The notes: generated by a model from the letters alone, not told the origin. 64,000 nt of DNA from Eledone cirrhosa (GCA_964016885.1 OZ024743.1:232190001-232254000), one strand, 5' to 3'; numbered from the stretch's first letter, positions 16,741-32,747 are shown. Numbers and translations are program-made.

Positions 16741-16791
16741 AGTTTCAGAAGATCCGGTTAAGGGTGAAAGCAGCGATTCTTTGCTTAAACT
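16741..16791 (+). ncRNA. Type I HHR motif in the PLE1 pLTR (U4A core CAGAAGA)
   Basis: AGTTT-CAGAAGA-tCC..GGt-GAAA-GCA..TGC-TT-AAACT; paralogues near 19846-19896 (-), 52484-52534 (-) and 53033 (+). Confidence 0.65.
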
Positions 16792-16807
16792 TTAATCTGT
16801 TATTTTA

Positions 16808-19142
<2,335 letters not shown>

Positions 19143-19145
<3 letters not shown>

Positions 19146-19303
19146 ACGAAGGAAGTGTGGTAAGCAACCAGATGGACCATTACGCACCAGAGTACTCAAT
19201 ACTTAGGGTAGTAGAGTGGGTAATAGGAAAATGAATGACTCTGACGGCAGAGCTCAAGCCGTCTAAATGGCTTGAGCTCTGCTGTCGGGGTCACAGATTT
19301 TCC
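19143..19303. mobile_element. Short foldback element in (TA)n
   Basis: Hairpin GACGGCAGAGCTCAAGCC..GGCTTGAGCTCTGCTGTC; inverted paralogue at 63524-63715 and fragments at ~45996-46050 and 47525-47622. Confidence 0.7.
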
Positions 19304-19312
19304 TATATATAT

Positions 19313-19812
19313 AAGAGAGTATTGAAGTTTGCTTGAAGCATTGTGCAATAATAAATAAATATCTTTAAGTCATTTGGAAGCCTCGACAGCTAGCGCCACC
19401 CCACTCCCTCATTCGGCCGCTGACCTCTGCCCGACCGACCCCATTTCACGCGCACGCGCGCTCTGCCGAATACCTCAGATATTCAAAACAACAAACAGCG
19501 GAGGACGAGTTTCGCACCTGTCCGACAGACAACCTTTACCTCGGGAAAAAAACCCAGTTGATGGATGTGAATCCGAAATATATAGGGACTATTAAATCTC
19601 TCCCAAGGTAACTCTCTCTTGTGTTGTTATTTTTATTTTATCCTTTATACTCTTCCCTTCTTTCTTCTACACATTTACACATCTTTACACACCACGCATC
19701 TCAACGTACACCCACTTACATCTCTCTTTCCACCACCGGATCTTGTTACCCGGAGATTTACCCATTTGCATTGTCGAGGCTTCCAAACGACTTAAAGATA
19801 TTTATTTATTTA
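19313..19812 (+). mobile_element. Non-autonomous pLTR-like element with terminal inverted segment
   Basis: ~19350-19388 is inverted at 19772-19810; weak HHR-like motif at 19553-19587 followed by a donor-like AAG/GTAACT. Confidence 0.6.
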
Positions 19813-19956
19813 TATATATATATATATATTAAAATAACAGATTAAAGTTTAAGCAAAGAATCGCTGCTTTTACCCTTTACGGGATTTTCTGAAACTATAT
19901 ATATATATATGTATACATACATACGCATATATATATCTTCTGGAAAAAGAAAATAC

Positions 19957-19987
<31 letters not shown>

Positions 19988-20021
19988 CATATATATATCT
20001 TCTGGAAAATGAAAAAAAAAA

Positions 20022-20052
<31 letters not shown>

Positions 20053-20690
20053 CATGCACATGCACACATGCGCACATATATATATAGAGATAAAATATAA
20101 TGATAGAAATAAATCTATTACATTGTTTCGAAGAGAAAGCAAAGGAAAAAAACGAGTGCTCTATGTATAGAATAAAGCATTAAAAATATATAAATATATA
20201 TAAATATATTTTGTTGTTGAAAGAATGTGATAAAGGCAGAAGAAAAATGAGTGTTCTATGTATAGAACAGAGCTGTAAAAAATATGTTGTGTTTGAAAGT
20301 ATGTGATAAAAGCCCAATGTGGTAAAATAAGAGAGAATGTTCATGAAAAGATGTAGTCAATAAGTGAATAATATGTAAAATAAGTGTTAAAATAAAGTAA
20401 AATAAAATAAGTGTTGAATATATAAAGAAAGAGAGATTGTTCAAGGTAAAAGTAAGGGAAAGGAAGAAATGAATAAAATAGGTGTAATATAAAATAAGGG
20501 TTTAATATAAGTGTTGAATGTGTGAAGAGGAGAGAGTGTTCAAGGTGAGTAAGTGTCCAGATGGTAGTTTGATACCGAGAAAGGAGGTGAGATCTTATAT
20601 GTGGGCAAATTTTAAATATCTCATAATTAGCGTTAAGACAGGTGTTAGGAAATTTCAGATTCTGTAGAATTCTAAATTTTTCTGTTACAC

Positions 20691-20744
<54 letters not shown>

Positions 20745-20774
20745 AGAAAAACCACAAACCCTCCATCTCAATTC

Positions 20775-20814
20775 TACTTTTGAAAAGCATAAGAACTGTG
20801 AAACCGGTAAAGGA
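20775..20814 (+). ncRNA. Minimal type I HHR motif, U3-A8 core, in a 130-bp TA-flanked insert
   Basis: CTT-TTGAAAA-GCA taagaac TGT-GAAA-CCGG-TA-AAG; palindromic ACCGGT helix III. Confidence 0.6.
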
Positions 20815-20868
20815 AACAAATAAATATTCTTAAAAAGACTCCGGTTGCATTTCGATTTCATCTTTTTT

Positions 20869-20905
<37 letters not shown>

Positions 20906-21340
20906 CTATAATAAAGGAGGTCTCCGGGATTGCGTCCAGAATATTTTTTTTACCCCGTTTGTAAAATAAGTTGGATTACTTTGAATAAATAATGAATGAA
21001 TATTACATAATTTATGTGCTAAATTTCGTGGATGTTGATTAAATATATTTTATAGCTTAATCTTTAAAATTCACTTCTTTAAAATTATCAAATACCAACA
21101 CTTCCTGTTAGCGGCCGTTATATTATGACACTTATAATCGCATAAATTTCCGTCGCTAATTTTCTCCTAATGCAGTTTATATATAATGTATTTTTTTTTA
21201 TATATCATGGATTACTGATTACAGAAAACAGTGTAACATAGGCTTTGTTCAATTTCTGTGTATATTGTCAATTACGATTTTATTTGATGTATCATATTTA
21301 CATGCATATATATTTTTGTATAATATCAATATACACACTA

Positions 21341-22010
21341 CACATGCTAGCAGAAAACCACCCCTAAGGTGGTTTTTCTGCTAGCATGTGCTAAAATTAA
21401 AAATGATTTAAATATCTACCTGTTCATAATGCTATAATGAACAGGTAGATATTTAAATCATTATTTAATTTTTTTACGGAATTGTTTCATATGTTTGTTC
21501 TGCTCATATCAATATTTTAGTTCTGGTATCTCAAATTAGTACCATCGAACAACAATTATATTATAGACATCCTATATATCTCTATGCGTACTTAGTACCC
21601 AGAGAGTTATTTACCTTATTTTATACATTCTCCAATCTATGTAGAGAACATATTCGTTGTTGCTTACTGCTATTTGTTTTAGCACCAAAGCCAGCAGCGC
21701 GTCTGTAATGTTCCCGCTCTTTATTAGCGGCCAGTTCACGTGTGAGTCACTTTAACGGCCATAACTCATACGAGCTGGTAGTTGGCAATATATGTGCAGG
21801 CTGTGGGACTTGATCCTATAGAGTGGAAATAGCTATCTGATGAACTTTACTTTTCCGTTAGAAACTCTCTGAATTTCTAATCTTTTGTAAAGCGAAACCG
21901 CCGGTAATAGCATTATGAACAAGTAGATATTTAAATCATTTTTTAATTTTTTTTAAGGAATTGTTTAATATTTGTTTGTTCTGCTCATCTCAATTTTTAT
22001 AAATTTATAT
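21341..22010 (+). mobile_element. Non-autonomous PLE-type element (partial direct repeat plus 5' foldbacks)
   Basis: ~21437-21520 is repeated at ~21915-21998; hairpins at 21341-21390 and ~21400-21462; contains a canonical HHR. Confidence 0.75.
21832..21911 (+). ncRNA. Type I hammerhead ribozyme, canonical core
   Basis: GCTAT-CTGATGA-a CTTTAC..TTAGAAA..TTTCTAA..GTAAAG c-GAAA-CCGCCGG-TA-ATAGC; all three helices pair. Confidence 0.88.
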
Positions 22011-22015
22011 ATATA

Positions 22016-22930
22016 CTAGCATTAAAGCCCGGCGTTGCTCGGGGTCAGTAAGTTACCAAAGTTAGGTTGCATCACCCATTTTATGGCAGCACTTTTTTGT
22101 ATGCCAGGCACTGGGTGAATGAATTGCAGACCCGGACTGCCGAAGCAGGAGCTGCGCCAGCAGTGACACTTGTAGTTTCGCCTATGGATATTATCTATGT
22201 GCAAAGAAGTGTTGTAATTTATTGTTTCACAGTACTTGCGCAACACGCGCGTAGACGATGCCAACCGAACAACAGAGCTGCGATGGAATTGTTCTGCATG
22301 GTTGTCTAATGTGTGTTTTCTAAATGTAAGACAGTAGGGAGTGGTGTGATATGGGGGAGAGTTAGCTGCTGTTTCTAGCAGGTTTAGTAACCTCGTAGAG
22401 GATATGATTGTGTATAGTAAATAAACTGATACTTCTTTCTTCCACGTTCGTTGAGAGATTTTAAAAAAGATGTATCGCTATTTTTTTTGTTGTTGAATAA
22501 ATTAATCGGTTGCTTTTGAATAATTGTTGTTTCGTATGAAATGTAATAAGTTCTCTTTGTCATTGAAGTAAATAAATGTTTGACCGTTCCACACTCAAAA
22601 ACAAACGTTCTCTCGCTCTCTCCCTCTCTTCTCTCTCTCTCTTCGGCGTTCCTAAAGGAAGTTTGTAAGCATGTATGTAGTTTTATCGAATTTTAAGGGG
22701 AGTAGAGAGAGGATATCAGATTGTATTACAGGGGTAAAGCGTCATGTATTTAGTTTTATCGATTACTTCCGTAATTGTGGGTGAGTTTGAATGAAATAAA
22801 TAGTCGTTGATCTAAATTAGACCATTTACAACATTCTTACAGACGTTGAGTCGAATCGGCTTGAAATTTTGCAAGTGTATAAACATGGAACATGCACACA
22901 CAAGAACAATCTGCCTTTTATAGATAATGA
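22016..22930 (-). mobile_element. Non-autonomous Helitron
   Basis: Minus strand begins A^TC and ends with hairpin CCCGAGCAACGCCGGG, 8 nt, then CTAG^T; the 3' ~390 bp are shared with 39852-40853. Confidence 0.8.
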
Positions 22931-22972
22931 TATATATATACATATATATATATACATACACATATTCATACA

Positions 22973-23106
<134 letters not shown>

Positions 23107-23125
23107 CATATATGTGTATGAATAT

Positions 23126-23165
<40 letters not shown>

Positions 23166-23168
<3 letters not shown>

Positions 23169-25124
23169 GTTTCTTCTCTCTTCATAATGTATTTTTAACT
23201 CTGATACTGGTTCAGTCTGGTTCAAACTGAATTGGTCTGTCCCAGTCATTCATTGAGCAACATCGGTGAAGTTGGCACCCTTAACTCACAGTTGGGTGCG
23301 GATGCATTCATGTATATATGTGTGTGTCCGCATGTATCTGTGTGTTTCTAAATATATTAATAACTCCCTCTGGTCGAGCAATCTTTGAAGTGTGGGGACA
23401 ACTGGAAAGCTTCCATTACTCATACTTCTCGCCTTCTTCACTACCTCTTCTACGGCCTCGATATGAATACCCCCTCCGCCTCCGTGGTATTTTCTTCGTG
23501 GTTATAAGAGGCTTAGCTCTGTTTCTCGACCGTTATATCGCGTGACTGTCTCCCCCTCCGCCTTTTGGGATTCTTTCTCACGTCGTGTAGACGCGTTCTT
23601 GAGACTAGTAAAATGAGGTATCCTCTTGATAAGTCGGCAGACCTCGCAAGGACTCTATATCCTTGATATATTGTTTTTGTTTATGCCACGAAACTACGTA
23701 GTCGAGGAATTTAGGAACAGTTTAGGTATGATACATTTTATTACTAATTATATCTAAATGTTTCTTCTCTCTTCATAATGTATTTTTAACTCTGATACTG
23801 GTTCAGTCTGGTTCAAACTGAATTGGTCTGTCCCAGTCATTCATTGAGCAACATCGGTGAAGTTGGCACCCTTAACTCACAGTTGGGTGCGGATACATTC
23901 ATGTATATATGTGTGTGTCCGCATGTATCTGTGTGTTTCTAAATATATTAATAACTCCCTCTGGTCGAGCAATCTTTGAAGTGTGGGGACAACTGGAAAG
24001 CTTCCATTACTCATACTTCTCGCCTTCTTCACTACCTCTTCTACGGCCTCGATATGAATACCCCCTCCGCCTCCGTGGTATTTTCTTCGTGGTTATAAGA
24101 GGCTTAGCTCTGTTTCTCGACCGTTATATCGCGTGACTGTCTCCCCCTCCGCCTTTTGGGATTCTTTCTCACGTCGTGTAGACGCGTTCTTGAGACTAGT
24201 AAAATGAGGTATCCTCTTGATAAGTCGGCAGACCTCGCAAGGACTCTATATCCTTGATATATTGTTTTTGTTTATGCCACGAAACTACGTAGTCGAGGAA
24301 TTTAGGAACAGTTTAGGTATGATACATTTTATTACTAATTATATCTAAATGTTTCTTCTCTCTTCATAATGTATTTTTAACTCTGATACTGGTTCAGTCT
24401 GGTTCAAACTGAATTGGTCTGTCCCAGTCATTCATTGAGCAACATCGGTGAAGTTGGCACCCTTAACTCACAGTTGGGTGCGGATACATTCATGTATATA
24501 TGTGTGTGTCCGCATGTATCTGTGTGTTTCTAAATATATTAATAACTCCCTCTGGTCGAGCAATCTTTGAAGTGTGGGGACAACTGGAAAGCTTCCATTA
24601 CTCATACTTCTCGCCTTCTTCACTACCTCTTCTACGGCCTCGATATGAATACCCCCTCCGCCTCCGTGGTATTTTCTTCGTGGTTATAAGAGGCTTAGCT
24701 CTGTTTCTCGACCGTTATATCGCGTGACTGTCTCCCCCTCCGCCTTTTGGGATTCTTTCTCACGTCGTGTAGACGCGTTCTTGAGACTAGTAAAATGAGG
24801 TATCCTCTTGATAAGTCGGCAGACCTCGCAAGGACTCTATATCTTTGATATATTGTTTTTGTTTATGCCACGAAACTACGTAGTCGAGGAATTTAGGAAC
24901 AGTTTAGTTATGATACATTTTATTACTAATTATATCTAAATGTTTCTTCTCTCTTCATAATGTATTTTTAACTCTGATACTGGTTCAGTCTGGTTCAAAC
25001 TGAATTGGTCTGTCCCAGTCATTCATTGAGCAACATCGGTGAAGTTGGCACCCTTAACTCACAGTTGGGTGCGGATGCATTCATGTATATATGTGTGTGT
25101 CCGCATGTATCTGTGTGTTTCTAA

Positions 25125-25131
<7 letters not shown>
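23166..25131 (+). repeat. 591-bp tandem array (~3.3 near-identical units), one HHR per full unit; retrozyme/pLTR-like
   Basis: Unit starts at 23166, 23757, 24348 and 24939; the identical 75-aa ORFs recur at 591-bp spacing; flanked by (TA)n. Confidence 0.95.
23621..23708 (+). ncRNA. Type I HHR with U3-A8 covariant core (further copies 24212-24299, 24803-24890)
   Basis: TCCTC-TTGATAA-GT c GGCA...TGCC AC-GAAA-CTACGTAG-TC-GAGGA; palindromic ACTACGTAGT helix III, GUC site. Confidence 0.82.
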
Positions 25132-25155
<24 letters not shown>

Positions 25156-25183
25156 CATATATATATATATCACATATATATAT

Positions 25184-25217
<34 letters not shown>

Positions 25218-25761
25218 ATATATATGTAAGAAAGAGTCGTGGCCCCACGGCTGAGCTCTTGCCCTTTCGACAGCTAATATGTCTATATATATATTAACTA
25301 GGGAAAGGGAAACACCTCAGTATATAGATATGCATGTATTTAACTCTCTATTTTCTCCCTTTAATTCTTGTCCCTCACTTGCCTTTTTTCAATCAGTGGA
25401 AATGTATTTTCTAAGGAATATTGTAAACAGAAAAGACTTCGTTTTTCATTTTCTAAACCCAAATTTCAGATTCGTATTTCAGATTGCACACCGTCGTAGA
25501 GAGGTGCTACGTATACTGGCAATATTGCTATTACGACTGTTGCTCAAGCATGGCAATGTGGTCTAGAAGGTTGCTACACAATCATATACTTCCTAGTTCG
25601 ATCCTTCAGAGCACTATCTGACGCATATTTATTTAACAACCTCGAATCGACTAAACCTGTTATTAATATTGTGTAAATATCAACTATACATTTGTTTTCA
25701 AATTGCGACATTATGTCTCACTGATTCGGATAAGGAATTGTGTAAGTATATACATCTCCTC

Positions 25762-26100
25762 TTCTTGGCCCACTTATTTCTGAGAGTGTCGTGGGGGACG
25801 AGTTTTCAAACACTTCTTTCTGCGGGTCCTGTCAAATGCAACCGTCTCAAGCTGATCTGGCTGGATCCCCAAGCGAGACCAGCCAAACTCATGGATGTCA
25901 TCCAAACATCTTGCACGGGGTCTGCCCCTGGGTCCTCCTGCCGTTTGTTTTTTCCCGAAAAATCTGTCCCGCGGTTCTTTCCTGAGACACTCTCACCACA
26001 TGTCCATAGTATCGGAGCTGAGGAATAACGAGCTACTTAGACGTTCATTTATCGAGTTGGATATTCAAATGATCGATTGATCACCATCGAAACTGATGAA
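25762..26100 (-). pseudogene. RTE-clade LINE 3' fragment
   Basis: Minus strand reads GGPRGRPRARCLDDI...LETVAFDRTRR, typical of an RTE C-terminus; similar to 1040-1190. Confidence 0.75.
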
Positions 26101-26544
26101 GGATCCACCATTGATGATTACGAAATTATTGTACGGTATACACGAGTAAATACGACCAATATACAACATGGAAGATGTTCCATCTAGAATTTGAAAAGTC
26201 GACTTGAGAAATGTTATTCATTAAACAGGCGAAATAAACATTATAAATCATTTTGTCCAATGTAAGACCGATTCTGAGAATCATCCGGATCATATTATTG
26301 ATAAAATATTTTCTGGGTTTACTACAAGGTAGTCCTAAATACAAAACAAATATTTCATCGTGTATATTTAATGCATAAAATATAAATACAAAACATCAAC
26401 TACGACGTTGCATTTATTCTAATACAATATTAACTCTCATTACTAATGATGAAAGAAGAGCAAAATCATGTTGTGGCTGCTATTGTTGATGTTGTTTGCA
26501 GTTGTTTTTGTTGTATAACTTCAGCTCAGACTTGAATGGCAGTC

Positions 26545-26765
26545 ATAATGATTTCTACTATAGGCACTAGGCTAGCAATTTGGGGGGAGGGGAAAATCGA
26601 TTAAATCGACCCTAGTGTATTACCGGTGCTTTATTTTATCAACCCCGTAAGGATCAAAGGCAAAGTTAACCATGGTGGGATTTGAACTCAGAACGCAAGG
26701 GGACGTAACTCTGTGCTGCGAAACATGCTGTCCGATGCTCTATCTATTCTGCTAATCCACTGCCC
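26545..26765 (-). mobile_element. Family A SINE
   Basis: Reverse-complement B box GGGATTTGAACTCAGA and central domain ACCCCGTAAGGATCAAAGGCAAAG. Confidence 0.85.
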
Positions 26766-27380
26766 TTGATGGCACACATGAAATGTAAGGTGTTTCAACA
26801 AAAACCCTCCCATTTATTTTAGACGCTATATATCTGGCAATACATTATCTGATGTGTATTTCTGTATTTTATAATGTTAGGGCTAGGATATGATATAAGA
26901 GGGGATGTGGCTGTTTGTTTGAGCAGGTTGATTGACCTCATAGCGTCTCGCATATATCTATGAAGATTAAAGAAGAATATTTAAATATGAAAATTTTTTT
27001 TTTTTAAATCAACATTTTATCTGCGTAAGCAAGAATCTTTTAAAAAAGAAAAAATGAACTTCACTTCTAAAACAAGTCGATATAAAACGAAAGTATTTGT
27101 ACCTCTGTAGTTCTATCAAATGTTAAAAGAACGGATATGAAATGCACATCAGAATGATTTTAAGTGTACTTGTATTTCTCCTTACACCACTTCTTTTTTT
27201 TCGCTTCGTCCTCGCTCTTCTTATCACTTCTTGCCTTCTCCACCCTTTCATTGTGCTGGTTCATCTGGCGCATCATCATTGCATGGTTCTGTAATGTTTC
27301 TCCTTCAGATGAGACTTCTTCTGTGTTATCTTCAGATACAGTCACACAGACACACACACCCATGCGCATGCACTCCCACA

Positions 27381-27452
<72 letters not shown>

Positions 27453-27800
27453 CGTGTGTTCAGGTATCATTTTAAAATTACAAGTACATCGCTCAAATTC
27501 TTTGTATGTAGGCCAAGTGTCTATTTTCTAGAGTTTCGCTTTTGCCTAAGCATTTTTAATGAAAATGATGCTGAGTGGAATGTCATGGGATAAAATTTCT
27601 CCTGCAATTAAATGGTTCAGTATTGTCATCCATTGTGTCAGAGGTGCGTACAGAATATTAAGCCTACGAGAGTCTTGTTCAGTTGATAGAAAAATGCAAA
27701 TCTCTTCGTCGAAACCGACTTAGGATCCGTTATATATTTTTATTTATGTCCAATTATGTTTACATACTTTATTTCTCTCTATACACTCCACGATATATGC

Positions 27801-27866
<66 letters not shown>

Positions 27867-27962
27867 CTTTCTCTCTCCTTCCCTTTTTCTCTTTCTTCCC
27901 CACATTCTCTCAGTTTATCTCTGTGGGAATCTCTCCCAACTCTGTTTTTGTCTTTGTCCCTC

Positions 27963-28042
<80 letters not shown>

Positions 28043-28048
28043 TCCTCA

Positions 28049-28102
<54 letters not shown>

Positions 28103-28876
28103 TCGTTGGTGTTAATAATATGCTTTAAGGACATTTAACTTTTAACTTTAAAATCTCAGCTAAGCTCATGATGATATATTTCACATTCTTTATCTCTCTG
28201 CTTCCCTTTCTCCCATTATCCACCCACCCCCTACTCTCTTCTCTATACTTGCAACTGTTCACATTCAGCTGCCCCTTACAGCTAAAAATCATTTCATTTG
28301 AAATTTGAAATTTTGAAACGTAAGTACGAAACTCAAAGCCTTTGAAGTCAGCTTGAAATTTCGTTTCACCGTTCGATCTTTGTTCTAATTCTTGGCACAT
28401 CGTGCAATCGAACCAGCAGAATATTTATATTGACATTAACCTGCAACTTTGATTCAGCCTTTTATCTCTTAAGAGTGGAAAGAGATAGAGAAAAAAGGGA
28501 ACAACTCTGTTTTATGTCACTTTAACTTCCAGGCATTCCATATACCCTTAACCGAATGGTTTCCAATTCTACTTTACTTCTTTTTCTCGAAGAATCGTTG
28601 TATTCATGTCTAACTTTTATACTCTCCCGTTCGTCATTTCACTTCTATCCCCTTTCTTTCCTTTCGTTTTATCTCGAAATTCATTCTGTCTTCCTTTTTC
28701 ATTTTCAAATTTTGATTTTGTATATTTTTTCATTTTTGTTTTCGTATCTCACATTCTTACTGCTTTTATTTCTTAACTTAAAACTTAAACATATTTCTTT
28801 CTTCTTTATTTAGCTTTTCGTTTTTTTTTTGTTTTGTTTTTTTTCGTTTCTTCTTATTTTACATCGGCGATAACAT

Positions 28877-28947
<71 letters not shown>

Positions 28948-28995
28948 GTTGCTGCTACTGCTACTGCTACTACTACTGGTACTACTAGTACTACT
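28877..28995. repeat. (ACT)n microsatellite
   Basis: Direct reading; explains the poly-Thr ORF. Confidence 0.95.
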
Positions 28996-29619
28996 GACAC
29001 CCCACCACCTGATGATGAGTTTGTGAAAGACTTGAAATGTTTATTATATTATAGATTAAGGAATTCTACTGTTCCTAACGAACTTCAAAGTAGTCAAAGG
29101 AAATATGAGGAATGATGTGATGAAAATGCTAAATCTTATCTTTAATAACTTCTGTCTAAAGGAGAAAAGCAATTCCTCTTGTATAGCGAGATATATATAT
29201 ATATATATATATATATTTCGTATTTCCAAAGAAATGTGTTTTTAGGAGGCCGTAGCTATGCAAACACCGGGGAGCTAACGCCTTCTGGTGATGTCCAGCA
29301 GAAGCAAGGGGGACAACCGTCTATGCATTTCAGGCTTAACTACCCATCGTCAGGATGCCCCCCCCCCCCACTACCGCCTGCAATTGCTGGACTAGAAGAC
29401 AGGCGAGAATATATACTTTTCTCGTCTGTGTAAATGATGTGATTAATCTCATTTGAATATGAAGCTGCATAAGTTGGCTCAACTTATAATAGAAAAGAAA
29501 TAGGATTTCGTTTCAAGCATAGCTTTATACAATATTTATAAATATTTCGTATCTCCTGTATAAAGGTATGCTTTAAGCGAAATCCTATTTCTTATGTATA
29601 TATATAAATATATTAGTAT

Positions 29620-29682
29620 GTATACGTACATACATATGTGTATACAGACGTACAGTAGTATATATATACATACATACATGCG

Positions 29683-29750
<68 letters not shown>

Positions 29751-30730
29751 TATACGTATGGGTATACCGAACATTTATTATAATGCTCGGTTTGTTTGTA
29801 AACAAACAGCCCGAATTATTAGCCGTACAGTGATCGGCTGACTAAGAGTGAGAAATGAAATTTCATTTTATCCATTTATCAATTTCGGTAAAAAATTTCA
29901 TTTTTTCCATTTATCATTTTCGGTACGCCCGGCCGACTAACTCACTCGTAAGGAAAGTATATGCTTTGCATAAGGAAAGTATATAATTTCAGACGTTCAC
30001 TCAACTGACAGGAAGGTATACGGTGCTGATGACAACTCATATGCTAGAAACTAGTTCATCGTTCCTGTGTCAGTGTTGAACAAAAGGCAACGATGGTTGC
30101 CGAACACTGTACAGCTAATAATTCGGGCTGTTTGTTTACAAACAAACCGAGCATTATAATAAATATTCGGTAAATCCATACGTACATATATATATGTGTG
30201 CATGTATGTATACATACTACTGTACGTCTGTATACATATATGTATGTACGTATACATACTTATATTTAAGTATCAGCCGTACTAAGAGTGAGAAATGAAA
30301 TTTCATTTTTTCCATTTATCGTTTTCGGTACGCCAGGCCGACTAACTAACTCGATATGCAAATTAGGCTGCTCAACCGTTGATATGCATAAGAAAAGTAT
30401 ATACTTTCAAACGTTCAATCAACTGGCAGGAAAGTATACGGTACTCATGACAGCGAATAAGCTAGAAACTAGTTCATCGTTCCTTTGTGAGTGTTGAACA
30501 GAATGGCAACGATGGTTGCCGAATACTGTACCGCTAATAATTCGTTTGTTTACAAACAAACCGAGCAGTATAATAAATGTTCGGTAAACCCATACGTACA
30601 TATATATATATGTGTGTGCATGTGTGTATGTATATACAAACTACTGTACGTCTGTATACATATATGTATGTATACATACTTATATTTAAGTATCATCCGT
30701 ACTAAGAGTGAGAAATGAAATTTCATTTTT
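29620..30730. repeat. ~420-440-bp repeat family, tandem and inverted copies
   Basis: ACTAAGAGTGAGAAATGAAATTTC recurs at ~29841, 30281 and 30701; inverted partial copy at ~29620-29838; related cluster at 41108-42320. Confidence 0.8.
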
Positions 30731-30777
30731 ACCTTGTATATATGTATATATATATATGTATACATATATATATATAC

Positions 30778-30826
<49 letters not shown>

Positions 30827-30852
30827 CATATATAGATATATATACATACATA

Positions 30853-30914
<62 letters not shown>

Positions 30915-30963
30915 TATATATATATATATATGTATACATATATATATATATACATATATATGT

Positions 30964-31045
<82 letters not shown>

Positions 31046-31046
<1 letters not shown>

Positions 31047-31305
31047 CATTTAAGACAGTAGGGAGTGGTGTGAACGGACAGTATCACGATCAAGCTTGGA
31101 AAGAGAAAGTAGCAGAAAGTATGAAGTTGTATAGATTTCGAATGGTAGTAGAAGGGGTTCAGCAGTTTAAATGAGAGAGTAAAATCGTAAGATATTGAGT
31201 TTTATCTATTTTTTGCGTAATTGTGGGTGAAATTGAAAACATTATCTGCGTCAAGACGCAATCGAAGCTGTATCGAATACTAAATTGTGAATTTCAATTG
31301 AAGAA

Positions 31306-31306
<1 letters not shown>
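31046..31306 (-). mobile_element. Internal fragment of the 39852-40853 Helitron family
   Basis: Reverse complement of ~39915-40170. Confidence 0.8.
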
Positions 31307-31346
<40 letters not shown>

Positions 31347-31510
31347 TATGTATACATATATATATATATATGTATATATGTATATGTATATATGTATATA
31401 TATATATATATGTATACATATATACATATATATATACATATATATATATATATATGTATACATATATATATATATATATACATATATACATATATATATA
31501 TATACATATA

Positions 31511-31576
<66 letters not shown>

Positions 31577-31595
31577 TACATATATATATATATGT

Positions 31596-31631
<36 letters not shown>

Positions 31632-31759
31632 ACATATATATATATATATGTGTATACATATATATATATATATATATATATGTATACATATATATATATA
31701 TGTATACATATATATATACATATATATATACATATGTATACATATATATATATATATGT

Positions 31760-31830
<71 letters not shown>

Positions 31831-31833
31831 TGT

Positions 31834-31916
<83 letters not shown>

Positions 31917-31919
<3 letters not shown>

Positions 31920-32747
31920 TATTTTCCGTTGTGTTGTAATATAAATATTACACACAGTAGATTATCAGCTCACGTAGAGTTTGCTCGACGGTTCCAGTTG
32001 TAGTTCCAAAAGTAATCCGGAGAAAAATAGAAAGATTTGAATGGATACAGTTTAGTTGAAAGGAATTTATTGACACGTGTTTCTATAACAGTTACATAAC
32101 CTAAAACAGCTATCTACAAACTTTTAGTTATGCAGACATTCAATATTTCAATGTTATTATTTACTGTCATTTCATCAGAATAATATTACTGAGGACCTAT
32201 TTAGTTTTTATAGAGAATATTAGGAGGGAGGGGTGAAGTTGTTAGAAGAATAGTTGAAGGAGTGGTTTTTCGATAGCAGTGAGAATTCTTGGTGGCAGTG
32301 AGTAATTAGATTCCCAGCTGTTGTTTTGACATTTTTTATAGAATATATTATTGGTTATTTTTCTAAATCTATAGAAGGATTAGAGATAGTAAAGATATGC
32401 GTGGTTGGTTTTGTGTTTGCACTTAATTAACATTCAGACTTAAATTTTTCTTTCAAGTGTACGTATCCTTTCACCCACGCATTCACACACAAATATATTT
32501 GCACACCTCTACAAAATACATATACTCACAATTCACATATTCATACTTACATATATATACACATGCATACACATATATATACACACATGTATTCATGTAC
32601 ATACATACGCGCTCATGTGTATACATTTTCATACTCAACTTATCTTTATATACACACGTATAGACACACTCATATATACATACATACTCTAGTCCATGTG
32701 TACACACATACACATACTTACACATCCATATACAGATATATACATAC

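Noticed and set aside
23318-24727. Thrice-repeated 75-aa ORF
   Set aside because: It recurs only because of the 591-bp repeat, has a non-ATG start in microsatellite-like sequence, and shows no recognisable domain.
27160-27381. Charged 73-aa ORF as a host exon
   Set aside because: No convincing splice acceptor, and I recognise no homology.
29005-29045. CTGATGA...GAAA hammerhead-like core
   Set aside because: Helix I does not pair and helix III is not palindromic.
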